64,000 bases of DNA from Burkholderiales bacterium (lineage in GTDB: Bacteria > Pseudomonadota > Gammaproteobacteria > Burkholderiales > SG8-39), in NCBI GenBank assembly GCA_026416295.1, contig JAOAFL010000016.1, forward strand, positions 373 through 64,372. The letters are read 5' to 3'. Positions 1-9,307 of the stretch are shown one piece after another (positions within the stretch are counted from its first letter, which is position 1; each line of letters opens with the position of its first letter). Position numbers and translations under genes: made by a program. The notes below the pieces were generated by a model. That model was not told where the DNA came from, did not search any database, and worked only from the letters and a program-made list of their open reading frames with translations.

Positions 1-1161
1 CACACGCACACGGTCGAGCGGGCCGGACGCACCTGGCAGGTGGACACCGGCTTCATCGTCTTCAACGAGCGGACGTACCCGAACTTCACCCGGCTCCTTG
101 CCGAGCTCGGCGTCGCCACGCAGCCGAGCACGATGAGCTTTTCGGTGCGCGACGAGCGCACCGGGCTCGAGTACAACGGCACGTCGCTGAACGCGCTCTT
201 CGCGCAGCGGCGAAACCTTCTGCGGCCGGGGTTCTGGCGCATGATCGCCGACATCCTGCGGTTCTACCGCGAAGCGCCGGCGCTGCTCGATCGGACGGGA
301 GACGACATCGCGCTCGGCGAATACCTCGCGCAAGGGCGCTACTCGCGCCAGTTCGTCGAGCAGCACATCGTGCCGATGGGCGCGGCGATCTGGTCGGCGG
401 ACCCCGCGCGCCTGCTCGAGTTTCCGGCCCGTTTTTTCGTGCGCTTTTTCCACAACCACGGCATGCTGTCGCTCGCCGACCGGCCCGAGTGGCGGGTGAT
501 CCGCGGCGGATCGGCGCGCTACGTCGAAAGGCTCACCGCCCCCTTTCGCGACCGCATCCGGCTGCGCACGCCGGTCGAATGGGTGCGCAGGCTCCCGGGG
601 CAAGTGCTCGTCAAGGCGCGCGGCCGGCCGCCCGAGCGCTTCGAGGCGGCGTTTCTCGCCTGTCACAGCGACCAGGCGCTCGCGCTCCTTGCCGACCCGA
701 GCCCGGCCGAGCGCGAGGTGCTCGGCGCGATCCGCTACCAGCGCAACGACGCGGTGCTGCACACCGATGCGCGGCTGCTGCCGCGCCGGCGGCTCGCGCG
801 CGCGGCGTGGAACTACCACGTGCTCGACCGCCCCGGCGCCCCGGTCGCGGTGACCTACGACATGAACCGCCTTCAGTCGCTCGACGCGCCGGAGCGCTTT
901 CTCGTGACGCTCAACCGCAGCGACGCGGTAGATCCGGCCAAAGTGATCGCCCGCATGACCTACGCGCATCCGCTCTTTACGCGCGCGGCGGTCGCGGCGC
1001 AGTCGCGCCAGCGCGAGATCAACGGGCCGCTTCGCACCTTCTACTGCGGCGCCTACTGGCGCTACGGTTTCCACGAGGACGGCGTGGTGAGCGCCCTCGC
1101 CGCGCTCGAACACTTCCGCGAACGCCTGCATGCAGAGCGCGCTCTACGTCGGGCGGGTTAG
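1..1161 (+). CDS. FAD-dependent oxidoreductase (amine-oxidase/UfaD-like fatty-acid desaturase), 5' end outside window
   Basis: Frame is open from base 1 (HTHTVE...VDTGFIVFN). Motifs VDTGFIVFNERTYPNF and CGAYWRYGFHEDG are typical of this family. Lies upstream of DUF1365 and cfa-like genes. Confidence 0.85.
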   Translation, partial: HTHTVERAGRTWQVDTGFIVFNERTYPNFTRLLAELGVATQPSTMSFSVRDERTGLEYNGTSLNALFAQRRNLLRPGFWRMIADILRFYREAPALLDRTGDDIALGEYLAQGRYSRQFVEQHIVPMGAAIWSADPARLLEFPARFFVRFFHNHGMLSLADRPEWRVIRGGSARYVERLTAPFRDRIRLRTPVEWVRRLPGQVLVKARGRPPERFEAAFLACHSDQALALLADPSPAEREVLGAIRYQRNDAVLHTDARLLPRRRLARAAWNYHVLDRPGAPVAVTYDMNRLQSLDAPERFLVTLNRSDAVDPAKVIARMTYAHPLFTRAAVAAQSRQREINGPLRTFYCGAYWRYGFHEDGVVSALAALEHFRERLHAERALRRAG

Positions 1162-1918
1162 GCATCGGCGCTTTGCGCCTCGCCCGCACGCCTTCGAGTA
1201 CCGGCTGTTCATGGTCTGGCTCGATCTCGCCGAGCTGGACAGCGTGTTCCGCGGCCGGTGGCTCTGGTCGGCGCACCGGCCGGCGCCCGCGCGGTTCCTG
1301 CGCGCCGACTACCTCGGCGATCCGGCGGTGCCGCTCGAGCGCGCGGTGCGCGAGCGGGTCGAGGAACGCACCGGCCGGCGCCCGGTCGGGCCGATCCGCA
1401 TGCTCGCGCACCTGCGCTACTTCGGCTACTGCTTCAACCCGGTCACCTTCTACTACTGCTACGAGCCTGCCGGCGCGCGGATCGAGACGATCGTCGCCGA
1501 AATCACCAATACGCCGTGGAACGAGCGCCACGCCTACGTGCTCGAACGCGCACGCGGCGAGGTCCGCGGGCGCGTCATGCGCTGGCGGTTCGCAAAAGCG
1601 TTTCACGTCTCGCCCTTTCTCGACATGGCGCTTCTCTACGATTGGCGCTTCGGCGAGCCGGGGCGAACGCTCGCGGTGCACATGGAAGACTGGCAGGAGG
1701 GCCGGAAGGTCTTCGATGCGACGCTCACCCTCGCGCGCCGGGAAATTTCGACCGCGCAGCTCGCCGCAGCGCTCGCGCGCTTTCCCCTCATGACCGCGAA
1801 GGTGATCGGCGCGATCTACTGGCAGGCGCTCAGGCTTTGGCTGAAGCGCACGCCCTTTCACCCGCATCCCGCGAAAATCGCGGCCTCCGGAGGCGCCGAT
1901 ACGGCGAACACCCGATGA
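1130..1918 (+). CDS. DUF1365 family protein (UfaO-like)
   Basis: SALYVGRVRHRR, GYCFNPVTFYYC, EITNTPWNERHAY, KAFHVSPF, IYWQALRLWLK motifs. Confidence 0.9.
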   Translation: MQSALYVGRVRHRRFAPRPHAFEYRLFMVWLDLAELDSVFRGRWLWSAHRPAPARFLRADYLGDPAVPLERAVRERVEERTGRRPVGPIRMLAHLRYFGYCFNPVTFYYCYEPAGARIETIVAEITNTPWNERHAYVLERARGEVRGRVMRWRFAKAFHVSPFLDMALLYDWRFGEPGRTLAVHMEDWQEGRKVFDATLTLARREISTAQLAAALARFPLMTAKVIGAIYWQALRLWLKRTPFHPHPAKIAASGGADTANTR

Positions 1919-3189
1919 ACGACTCGACGCTTTCTCCGACTCGCCCGCAGGTGCGCGCAGGAACGCGCTTTCTCGACCGGCTCGCCGAGCGCGCGGTGCG
2001 CGCTCGGCTCGCGGGTCTCGTGCACGGGCGCCTCACGCTGATCGCAGGCGGCGCGGCGAGCCGCTACGGCCGGGGCGGGCAGCCGCCGCTCGAGGCGACG
2101 CTATGGGTGCACGACCCCCGGTTCTGGGCCGAGATCGCCCTCGGCGGCTCGATCGGCGCGGGCGAAGCGTACATGAAGGGCTACTGGAGCACGGACGATC
2201 TCACCGCGCTCGTACGCATCCTCCTTCGGAACCGCGCGGTGCTCGATGGCATGGAAACCGGCCTTGCGCGGCTCGCCGCGCCGGCGCGCAAGCTGCTTCA
2301 CCTCCTCAACCGCAACACGCGCGCGGGCGCGCGCCGCAACATCGTCGCGCACTACGACCTCGGCAACGACTTCTTCGCGCTCTTTCTCGATCCGACGATG
2401 ATGTACTCGTGCGCGATCTTCGAGCGGCCGGAGATGACGCTCGAGGAGGCGCAGCGCGCGCGGCTCGAGCGCATCTGCCGCAAGCTGGAACTCGGCCCGC
2501 AGGACCACCTGCTCGAGATCGGCGCCGGCTGGGGGAGCCTTGCGATCCACGCCGCGCAGCGCTACGGCTGCCGGGTGACGACGACGACGATCTCGCCTGC
2601 GCAGCACGCGGCGGCGCGCGAGCGCGTCGCCGCGGCGGGGCTCGCCGACCGCGTGCAGGTGCTCTCCGAGGACTACCGCGATCTGCGCGGCCGCTACTCG
2701 AAGCTCGTATCGATCGAGATGATCGAGGCGGTCGGTCACGACTACTACGACACGTACTTCGGCGTCTGCGCCCGGCTGCTCGAGGACGACGGCCTGATGC
2801 TCCTTCAGGCGATCACCATCGCCGACCAGCGCTATGAGGCCGCGCGCCGCTCGGTGGATTTCATCCAGCGGCACATTTTCCCGGGAAGCACGATCCCGTC
2901 GGTGACCGCGATGCTCGCGAGCCTGACGCGCGCAAGCGACCTGAGGCTCGTGCACCTGGAAGACATCGGCCCGCACTATGTGCCGACGCTCCGGGCCTGG
3001 CGCGAGAACCTGCTCGCCCGACGCGAGGCGGCGCGCGCGCTCGGCTTCGACGATGAATTTCTGCGCAAGTGGGAGTTCTATTTCTGCTACTGCGAGGGCG
3101 GGTTCGCAGAACGCGCGATCGGGGATGTGCAGATGCTCCTTGCCAAGCCCGGCAACCGGCGCGCGCCGCTCGTTGCGCCGCTGTCTTAG
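1915..3189 (+). CDS. Cyclopropane-fatty-acyl-phospholipid synthase family SAM methyltransferase
   Basis: HYDLGNDFF, MMYSCA, LEIGAGWG (SAM motif), SIEMIEAVG, FIQRHIFPG. ATG overlaps the DUF1365 stop (ATGA). Confidence 0.9.
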   Translation: MNDSTLSPTRPQVRAGTRFLDRLAERAVRARLAGLVHGRLTLIAGGAASRYGRGGQPPLEATLWVHDPRFWAEIALGGSIGAGEAYMKGYWSTDDLTALVRILLRNRAVLDGMETGLARLAAPARKLLHLLNRNTRAGARRNIVAHYDLGNDFFALFLDPTMMYSCAIFERPEMTLEEAQRARLERICRKLELGPQDHLLEIGAGWGSLAIHAAQRYGCRVTTTTISPAQHAAARERVAAAGLADRVQVLSEDYRDLRGRYSKLVSIEMIEAVGHDYYDTYFGVCARLLEDDGLMLLQAITIADQRYEAARRSVDFIQRHIFPGSTIPSVTAMLASLTRASDLRLVHLEDIGPHYVPTLRAWRENLLARREAARALGFDDEFLRKWEFYFCYCEGGFAERAIGDVQMLLAKPGNRRAPLVAPLS

Positions 3190-3240
3190 CCTTCGCGCGG
3201 TTCGCGCCGTTCCGGCATCGAAGCCCTCGCGCGGCCTGCG

Positions 3241-4686
3241 ATGAGCACGGCGATCGTCTGGTTCCGCCGCGACTTGCGCCTTGCCGACAACGCGGCGCTC
3301 GCGGCAGCGCTCGAGCGCGCCGACCGGCTCGTGCTCGTCTACGTCCACGCGCCGGACGAAGACGGCGACTGGCCGCCGGGGGCGGCGAGCCGCTGGTGGC
3401 TGCATCGGAGCCTTGCGGCGCTTTCGGCCGATATCGCGCGGCGCGGCTCGCGGCTCGCGATCCGGCGCGGGCCGAGCCTCGATGCGCTTCGCGCGCTCGT
3501 TCGCGAGACCGGCGCCCGGCTCGTCTGCTACAACCGCGTCTACGAACCGGCGCGGCTTGCCGCGGACCTCGCGCTCGGCAAAGCGCTCGCGGCCGACGGC
3601 ATCGAGGTGCTGGCCTTCGCGGGCCATCTTCTCGCCGAGCCCTGGGCGGTCGCGAACCGCGCCGGTGCCTCCTACCGCGTCTATACGCCGTTTGCGCAGG
3701 CGTTGCGCGCAGACCTCGTCGCACCCGAGCCGCTCGCTGCCCCGCGCGCGCTTCCGCCCGCGCCGCAGGTGCCGTCGCTCGCCCTCGACGCGCTGGAACT
3801 CAATCCCCGCATCCGCTGGGACGAGGGGTTGGAGGCCGCCTGGACGCCGGGCGAGGCGGCTGCCGAGGAGAAGCTCGCCTCGCTCGCTCTGAAGCTACCC
3901 GCCTACGCCGCGGCGCGCGACCTGCCGGCCGAAGCCGCGACGACACGACTTTCGCCCCACCTCCACTTCGGCGAAATCACGCCGGGACGCATCTGGCTGG
4001 AACTCCGGCGGCTTCGCGAAGGCGCGGCGCCGGCCCTTCGCGCCGGGATCGAATTGCTGCAGCGCGAGCTCCTCTGGCGCGAGTTCGCGCACCATGTGCT
4101 CTACCACCACCCGAAAACGCCCGATGCGCCGCTCGATCCCCGCTTCGCGAAGTTCGAATGGCGAGCCTCCGAGACGCTTCTTTCCGCCTGGCAGCGGGGA
4201 AGGACTGGCATCCCGATCGTGGACGCCGGCATGCGCGAACTGTGGCGCACCGGCTTCATGCACAACCGCGTGCGCATGATCGTCGGGTCGTTTCTCACGA
4301 AGCATCTGCGCATCGACTGGCGGGCGGGTGCGCGCTGGTTCTGGGACACGCTGGTCGATGCCGACCTCGCGAACAACACGCTCAACTGGCAGTGGGTCGC
4401 CGGCTGCGGCGCGGATGCCGCCCCCTACTTTCGCATCTTCAACCCGGTGCTCCAGAGCCGGAAGTTCGACCCCGAGGGCGCGTATCTGCGCCGCTGGCTG
4501 CCGGAGCTTTCGCGCCTGGAGAGCCGCCACATCCACGCGCCCTGGGAGGCGCCGCAAGCGGCCCTTGCCGCCGTTGGCGTGCGCCTTGGCGAGACCTATC
4601 CCCTTCCGATCGTCGAGCTCGCCCGCGCGCGCGCCGAGGCGCTCGCGGCGTTTCGCGCGCTGCGCGCGCCCCGGCGCGGCCGGTGA
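3241..4686 (+). CDS. phrB: Deoxyribodipyrimidine photolyase (class I CPD)
   Basis: WFRRDLRLADN, LSPHLHFGEI, GRTGIPIVDAGMRELWRTGFMHNRVRM, WQWVAGCGADAAPYFRIFNP. Confidence 0.93.
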   Translation: MSTAIVWFRRDLRLADNAALAAALERADRLVLVYVHAPDEDGDWPPGAASRWWLHRSLAALSADIARRGSRLAIRRGPSLDALRALVRETGARLVCYNRVYEPARLAADLALGKALAADGIEVLAFAGHLLAEPWAVANRAGASYRVYTPFAQALRADLVAPEPLAAPRALPPAPQVPSLALDALELNPRIRWDEGLEAAWTPGEAAAEEKLASLALKLPAYAAARDLPAEAATTRLSPHLHFGEITPGRIWLELRRLREGAAPALRAGIELLQRELLWREFAHHVLYHHPKTPDAPLDPRFAKFEWRASETLLSAWQRGRTGIPIVDAGMRELWRTGFMHNRVRMIVGSFLTKHLRIDWRAGARWFWDTLVDADLANNTLNWQWVAGCGADAAPYFRIFNPVLQSRKFDPEGAYLRRWLPELSRLESRHIHAPWEAPQAALAAVGVRLGETYPLPIVELARARAEALAAFRALRAPRRGR

Positions 4687-4705
4687 GCCGCCTCGACACG
4701 CGCGC

Positions 4706-5191
4706 TCAGTAGGTCTTGTAGGGCAGGAATTTCCCGCTCATCACGACGCGCACCCGGTCGCCCTTCGGGTCCGGCTCGCGCGAGATGTCCATCGTGAAAT
4801 CGATCGCGCTCATGATGCCGTCGCCGAACTCCTCGTGAATGAGCGCCTTGATGGTGGTGCCGTAGACCATGACGATCTCGTAGAGCCGGTAGATGAGCGG
4901 ATCGGTCGGCACCGCCGTGGGCAGCGACCCCTTGTACGGCACCTGCTGGAGCAGCGCGACCGCCTCCTCCGGCAGACCGAAGATTTCGGCGATTTTCTTC
5001 GCCTGCGCCGCATCGAAGGTCATCTGGCCGAGACAGCCGGCGGTGACCCACTCCTTCGACAGGCCGACGCGCTTTGCGACCTCCGCCCATTTGAGGCCTT
5101 TGGCGATTTTCGCCGCGACGATCAACTCGGTGACGTCCTCGCGCCGCAAGGGCTTCGCGTAGGTCGGAACGAGACTGGCCGGTGCGTTCAT
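4706..5191 (-). CDS. cynS: Cyanate hydratase (cyanase)
   Basis: PTDPLIYRLYE and EEFGDGIMSAIDF motifs, GKFLPYK C-terminus. GGAGG RBS before the ATG at 5191. Confidence 0.95.
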   Translation of the reverse strand: MNAPASLVPTYAKPLRREDVTELIVAAKIAKGLKWAEVAKRVGLSKEWVTAGCLGQMTFDAAQAKKIAEIFGLPEEAVALLQQVPYKGSLPTAVPTDPLIYRLYEIVMVYGTTIKALIHEEFGDGIMSAIDFTMDISREPDPKGDRVRVVMSGKFLPYKTY

Positions 5192-5204
5192 GTGTCCTCC
5201 TTGC

Positions 5205-6140
5205 TCATGCGTTGGAATGAAGGGAAACGACCGTCGCGCCGCGCACGCCCGCGTTCGTCGCCGCTCGGGGCGACCGCTCGCGCGGCTCCGACGCCGAGGC
5301 AACCTCGCCGCCCTCCAGCCCGGGGCGAACGAGCCGCGGTGCGCCGCCCGTCGCTGCGGCCGAGCGCGCGCGGCTCACGAGAAAATCGAGCAGGTGGTTG
5401 CGGATCCTGTAGTACTGCGGGTCGTGGTGAAGGTCCGCGCGCGTGCGGCTGCGCGGCAGCGTGTTTTCGACCACCTCGACGATGCGCGCGCGCGGACCGG
5501 AAGACATGAGCAGGATCCGGTCGGCGAGCAGGATCGCCTCGTCCACGTCGTGCGTGATCATGAACACCGTCTGGCGCGCCGCCTGCACCATGCGCAGCAG
5601 TTCGTCCTGCAGCGCGCCGCGCGTGAGCGCGTCGAGCGCGCCGAACGGTTCGTCGAGAAGCAGCATCTTCGGTTCGATCGAAAAAGCGCGCGCGATGCCC
5701 ACCCGCTGCTTCATGCCGCCCGAGAGCTCGGCCGGCCGCTTGTGCTCGGCCCCCGCGAGCCCGACCTTCGCCAGGGTTTCCTTCGCGCGTGCGCGCACGC
5801 GCGCCGCGGGCCACTCGGGCCAGCGGGCGCGAACCGCGAAAGCGACGTTGCCGAGCACCGTCAGCCACGGAAGGAGCGCGTGGTTCTGGAACACCACGCC
5901 GCGGTCGAGGCCGGGACCCGAAATCTCGCGTCCGTCCACGATGACGGCGCCCGCGCTCGGCGTCTCGAGCCCGGCGAGCACGTTGAGAATCGTCGTCTTG
6001 CCGCAGCCCGAATGTCCGATCAGGCACACGAACTCGCCGCGCTCGAGGGAAAAGTTCACGTCCTCGAACACCACCGTGTCGGGCCGGCCGCGCGCGCCGG
6101 CGTACACCTTGGCGAGCCCTTCGACCTTCAGGAACGCCAT
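5205..6140 (-). CDS. Cyanate/nitrate-type ABC transporter ATP-binding subunit (CynD/NrtD-like)
   Basis: Walker A GHSGCGKT, signature LSGGMKQRVGIARA, LLLDEPFGALD. Confidence 0.9.
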   Translation of the reverse strand: MAFLKVEGLAKVYAGARGRPDTVVFEDVNFSLERGEFVCLIGHSGCGKTTILNVLAGLETPSAGAVIVDGREISGPGLDRGVVFQNHALLPWLTVLGNVAFAVRARWPEWPAARVRARAKETLAKVGLAGAEHKRPAELSGGMKQRVGIARAFSIEPKMLLLDEPFGALDALTRGALQDELLRMVQAARQTVFMITHDVDEAILLADRILLMSSGPRARIVEVVENTLPRSRTRADLHHDPQYYRIRNHLLDFLVSRARSAAATGGAPRLVRPGLEGGEVASASEPRERSPRAATNAGVRGATVVSLHSNA

Positions 6141-6148
6141 CGCGCCTC

Positions 6149-6988
6149 CTACTCCGCGTAGCTCACGAGGCGCGCGATCCGCCCGATCGCCTGGTCGAGC
6201 CCCATCCCGACCATGCCGATCGCGAAAATGCCGACGAGGATGTTCGCGATGGAGAGGTTGTTCCATTCGTTCCACACGAAGTAGCCGATACCGGTGCCGC
6301 CCACCAGCATCTCCGCGGCGACGATCACGAGCCAGGCGATGCCGATCGAGATGCGCATGCCGGTGAAAATGGTCGGCGCGGCCGCCGGCAGGACGACGCG
6401 CAGCGCGAGCGCCGGCGGCCGCAGCTCGAGCGTGCGCGCGACCTGGATCCACTCGCGGCGCACGCTCGCCACGCCGAAGGCGGTGTTGATGAGCATCGGC
6501 CACATCGAGCAGACGAAGATCACGAACACCGCCGAGGCGTGCGAGTCCTTGAGCGCGTAGAGCGCGAGCGGCATCCAGGCGAGCGGCGAGATCGGTCGCA
6601 GCACCTGCACGAACGGGTCGAGCGCGCGGTAGGCGAGCGGCGACATGCCGATCAGGAAGCCGAGCGGGATCGCGGTCGCCGCCGCGAGCGCAAACCCCGA
6701 GAGCACCCGCCCGAGCGAATAGGCGAGCTGCACACCGATGCCCTTGTCGTTCGGACCGCGGTCGTAGAACGGGTCGCGCAGGTGCTCGAGCAGTTTTGCG
6801 CCCACCTCGAGCGGGCCCGGCATCGCCGAGCGCTGGCCGGTGGCGGCGGCCGCGCCGACGAGCTTCGCGTACTCGTCGCTCACCGCCTGGCGGCCGCCGG
6901 CGGGAAGGGTCGCCAGATGCCAGGCGGCGAGCAGCAGCGCGAGCAGAAAGAGCGACACCGCCGCCGCGCGCAGTCCGAGCGGCATCAT
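6149..6988 (-). CDS. Cyanate/nitrate-type ABC transporter permease (CynB/NrtB-like)
   Basis: DPFYDRGPNDKGIG, LRPISPLAW, WLVIVAAEML; hydrophobic helices. Confidence 0.9.
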   Translation of the reverse strand: MMPLGLRAAAVSLFLLALLLAAWHLATLPAGGRQAVSDEYAKLVGAAAATGQRSAMPGPLEVGAKLLEHLRDPFYDRGPNDKGIGVQLAYSLGRVLSGFALAAATAIPLGFLIGMSPLAYRALDPFVQVLRPISPLAWMPLALYALKDSHASAVFVIFVCSMWPMLINTAFGVASVRREWIQVARTLELRPPALALRVVLPAAAPTIFTGMRISIGIAWLVIVAAEMLVGGTGIGYFVWNEWNNLSIANILVGIFAIGMVGMGLDQAIGRIARLVSYAE

Positions 6989-6991
6989 CGC

Positions 6992-8323
6992 TCAGCTCCG
7001 GCGGATCGCGAACCCGCGCAGATACGCTTCCGGCTGCGCCGGATCGAAGGTCTTGCCGAGCACCGCAAAGCTCTTCATGGTCGCCTCGGGCGGCGTCATC
7101 CCCGCCTCGCGCATGAGGCGCGCGGCGTCGGTGGCGAGGAACACTTCGCGCGCGATCCTGGCGTAGTCGACGTCGGCCTTCAGTTGTCCCCAGCGCTTCA
7201 TCTGCGTGAGGATCCAGACCGCGAACGAATGCCAGGGGAACGGATCGAAGTCGATGCGGTCGGGCACGCGCCGAATGTTTCCGAGCCCGTCGGCGAAGAC
7301 CCCGGTCAGTACCTGCTCGACCACCGTCACCGGCTGATTCAGGTAGTTCGCGGGCGCGATCGCGGCCGCGATCTCCTTGCGGTTCTCCGGTCGCCGGGCG
7401 TATGCGGTCGCATCGAGGATCGCGCGCACGAGCGCGCGGTAGGTGTTCGGCAGCGTGGTGACGAACTCGCGGCTCGCGGCAAACGCGCAGCACGGATGCC
7501 CGTCCCACATCTCCTTGGACAGCATGTGAATGAACCCGACGCCGTCGTAGACCGCACGCTGGTTGAAGGGGTCCGGACCGAGGAAGCCGTCGAGGTTGTC
7601 GGCACGCAGGTTGGCGACCATCTCGGGCGGCGGCACCGCGCGGATCTGGATGTCGCGATCGGGATCGAGGCCGTGCTCGGCGACGAGGTAGCGCAGCAGG
7701 TAGTTGTGGATCGAGTAGTCGAAGGGCACCGCGAACCGGAACCCTTTCCACGTTTTCGGATCGCGCCGCTCCTTGTGTTTCAGCGAGAGCGTGACCGCCT
7801 GCCCGTTCACGTTCTCGATCGCCGGGATCGTGTACGGCACGGGGTTCGCGCCGACGCCGAGCGTGATCGCGAGCGGCATCGGCGAGAGCATGTGCGCGGC
7901 GTCGTACTCCTTGGCGAGCGTTTTGTCGCGGATCACCGCCCAGCCGGCGGTCTTGACGATCTCGACGTCCAGACCGTGCTTCGCGTAAAAGCCCATCGGG
8001 TGCGCCATGATGATCGGGGTGGCGCAGGTGATCGGGATGAACCCCACCGAGAGCTTCGTCTTTTCCGGGCGGCCGGCGCCCTGCGCGAACGCCTCCTTCG
8101 CCCGCCCGAGCGGAAACACGCTCTCCAAGGCCGAGAGGGCGGTCGCCGCGCCGACCGCCTGCAGGAACGCGCGGCGCATCCGCGCGTTCGGAAAGAGCGC
8201 GCGCAGCACCGCTTGCTCGACGATGCGAGAATCGCGCGCTTCTTCGCTTTCGCCGCCGCTTGCGCGCCCCTCGGGCAGAACCCCCGATCGCGCTTGTAAG
8301 CCGCGCTTGTCATCGAATTCCAT
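6992..8323 (-). CDS. CmpA/NrtA family ABC substrate-binding protein (CynA-like), Tat-type signal
   Basis: RRAFL twin-arginine motif, GFIPITCATP, GHPCC, RIDFDPFPW. In an operon with cynS. Confidence 0.9.
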   Translation of the reverse strand: MEFDDKRGLQARSGVLPEGRASGGESEEARDSRIVEQAVLRALFPNARMRRAFLQAVGAATALSALESVFPLGRAKEAFAQGAGRPEKTKLSVGFIPITCATPIIMAHPMGFYAKHGLDVEIVKTAGWAVIRDKTLAKEYDAAHMLSPMPLAITLGVGANPVPYTIPAIENVNGQAVTLSLKHKERRDPKTWKGFRFAVPFDYSIHNYLLRYLVAEHGLDPDRDIQIRAVPPPEMVANLRADNLDGFLGPDPFNQRAVYDGVGFIHMLSKEMWDGHPCCAFAASREFVTTLPNTYRALVRAILDATAYARRPENRKEIAAAIAPANYLNQPVTVVEQVLTGVFADGLGNIRRVPDRIDFDPFPWHSFAVWILTQMKRWGQLKADVDYARIAREVFLATDAARLMREAGMTPPEATMKSFAVLGKTFDPAQPEAYLRGFAIRRS

Positions 8324-8356
8324 CGCGACCTCCGTCTTCAGGCACACGATGGGCCG

Positions 8357-8372
8357 AGCAACCCGCGTGCCA
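8357..8372 (-). promoter_or_regulatory. sigma54 (-24/-12) promoter of the cyanate operon
   Basis: Minus strand reads TGGCAC-GCGGG-TTGCT, an exact match to TGGCAC-N5-TTGC, about 33 nt upstream of the ATG. Confidence 0.85.
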
Positions 8373-8414
8373 GAGGATCGCCCGGCGAGCAGCAAGCACA
8401 AAGAGAGCGGCAGT

Positions 8415-8451
8415 CGCACCAGCGATGTGCATAGGGCACCGTTCAGGTGCG
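8415..8451. promoter_or_regulatory. Tandem NtrC-like enhancer sites
   Basis: CGCACCAGCGATGTGCA (8415-8431) and GGCACCGTTCAGGTGCG (8435-8451) resemble TGCAC-N7-GTGCA. They lie upstream of the sigma54 promoter. Confidence 0.65.
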
Positions 8452-8580
8452 CATCGCCCTTTCGCAACGTCGGCGCACGCGCTACAGTGCGCGCACGCCG
8501 CGCCGAACAGTGCTGCGTCGATGCGGGCCGGGGGATCGCCGATGTTCAGTCGGCGCAGCATGGTGCAGAAGGAGGCTTTC

Positions 8581-8895
8581 ATGCACACCGTGATGTGGAC
8601 GTTCCAGGTTCCTGCCGGCACCACCCGGGCCGACCTCGTCGCAACCATCAAGGCGACCGCGCACAACTATCTCGGCATCCCGGGGCTCGTGCGCAAGTAC
8701 TACGGCATCAGCGAGGACGGCAAGACGCTCGTCGGCATCTACCTGTGGGAATCGAAGGCGGCCGCCGACGCCTTCTACACGCCCGAGTGGATCGAGACCG
8801 TGCGCAGGCGCTGGGGCTCGACGCCTTCGCGGCAGGACTGGACGACGCCGATGGTCGTCGAAAGCCCCGCGCGGCGGCTGCTCGAGGCTGCCTGA
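8581..8895 (+). CDS. YdhR-family putative monooxygenase (dimeric alpha-beta barrel)
   Basis: IPGLVRKYY...GIYLWESKAAADAF motif; AGGAGG RBS. Confidence 0.75.
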   Translation: MHTVMWTFQVPAGTTRADLVATIKATAHNYLGIPGLVRKYYGISEDGKTLVGIYLWESKAAADAFYTPEWIETVRRRWGSTPSRQDWTTPMVVESPARRLLEAA

Positions 8896-8959
8896 AGGCG
8901 GCGATGCGCCCCGCGCCCGCGCCGCGCGCGCAGCGATCGGCCGGCGGGGCGAGGCGCGC

Positions 8960-9307
8960 TCAGAACACGACGACCTTCTCGGCAGCCTTCGTCCACTCGG
9001 CAAGCTCGTCGAGCGTGCCGCGCCGCGCGGCTTCGACCAGTTGCTCGGCGCCGATGCCGCGCGCGTCCATGCAGGTGCCGCAGACCGCGATTTCGCCGCC
9101 GCGGCGTGCGATCGCCCCCAGCATGTCGGCGAGGTTGTACCAGCCCTGCGGCACCTTCTGCCCTTTGTGCGCGCAGGCCGCGGCGTCGCCCATCAGGAAC
9201 ACGCGCACCGCGCCGCCCCGGTCGGCGAGCGCGCGCGCAAGCCGAAGCGCGTTGTAGCAGCGCTCGGTGCCGTACGGCGGATCGTTGAGGATGAAGAGCG
9301 TGCTCAT
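8960..9307 (-). CDS. DsrE/YchN family sulfur-relay protein
   Basis: ILNDPPYGTERCYNALRLA, FLMGDA, CGTCMDARG. Confidence 0.88.
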   Translation of the reverse strand: MSTLFILNDPPYGTERCYNALRLARALADRGGAVRVFLMGDAAACAHKGQKVPQGWYNLADMLGAIARRGGEIAVCGTCMDARGIGAEQLVEAARRGTLDELAEWTKAAEKVVVF

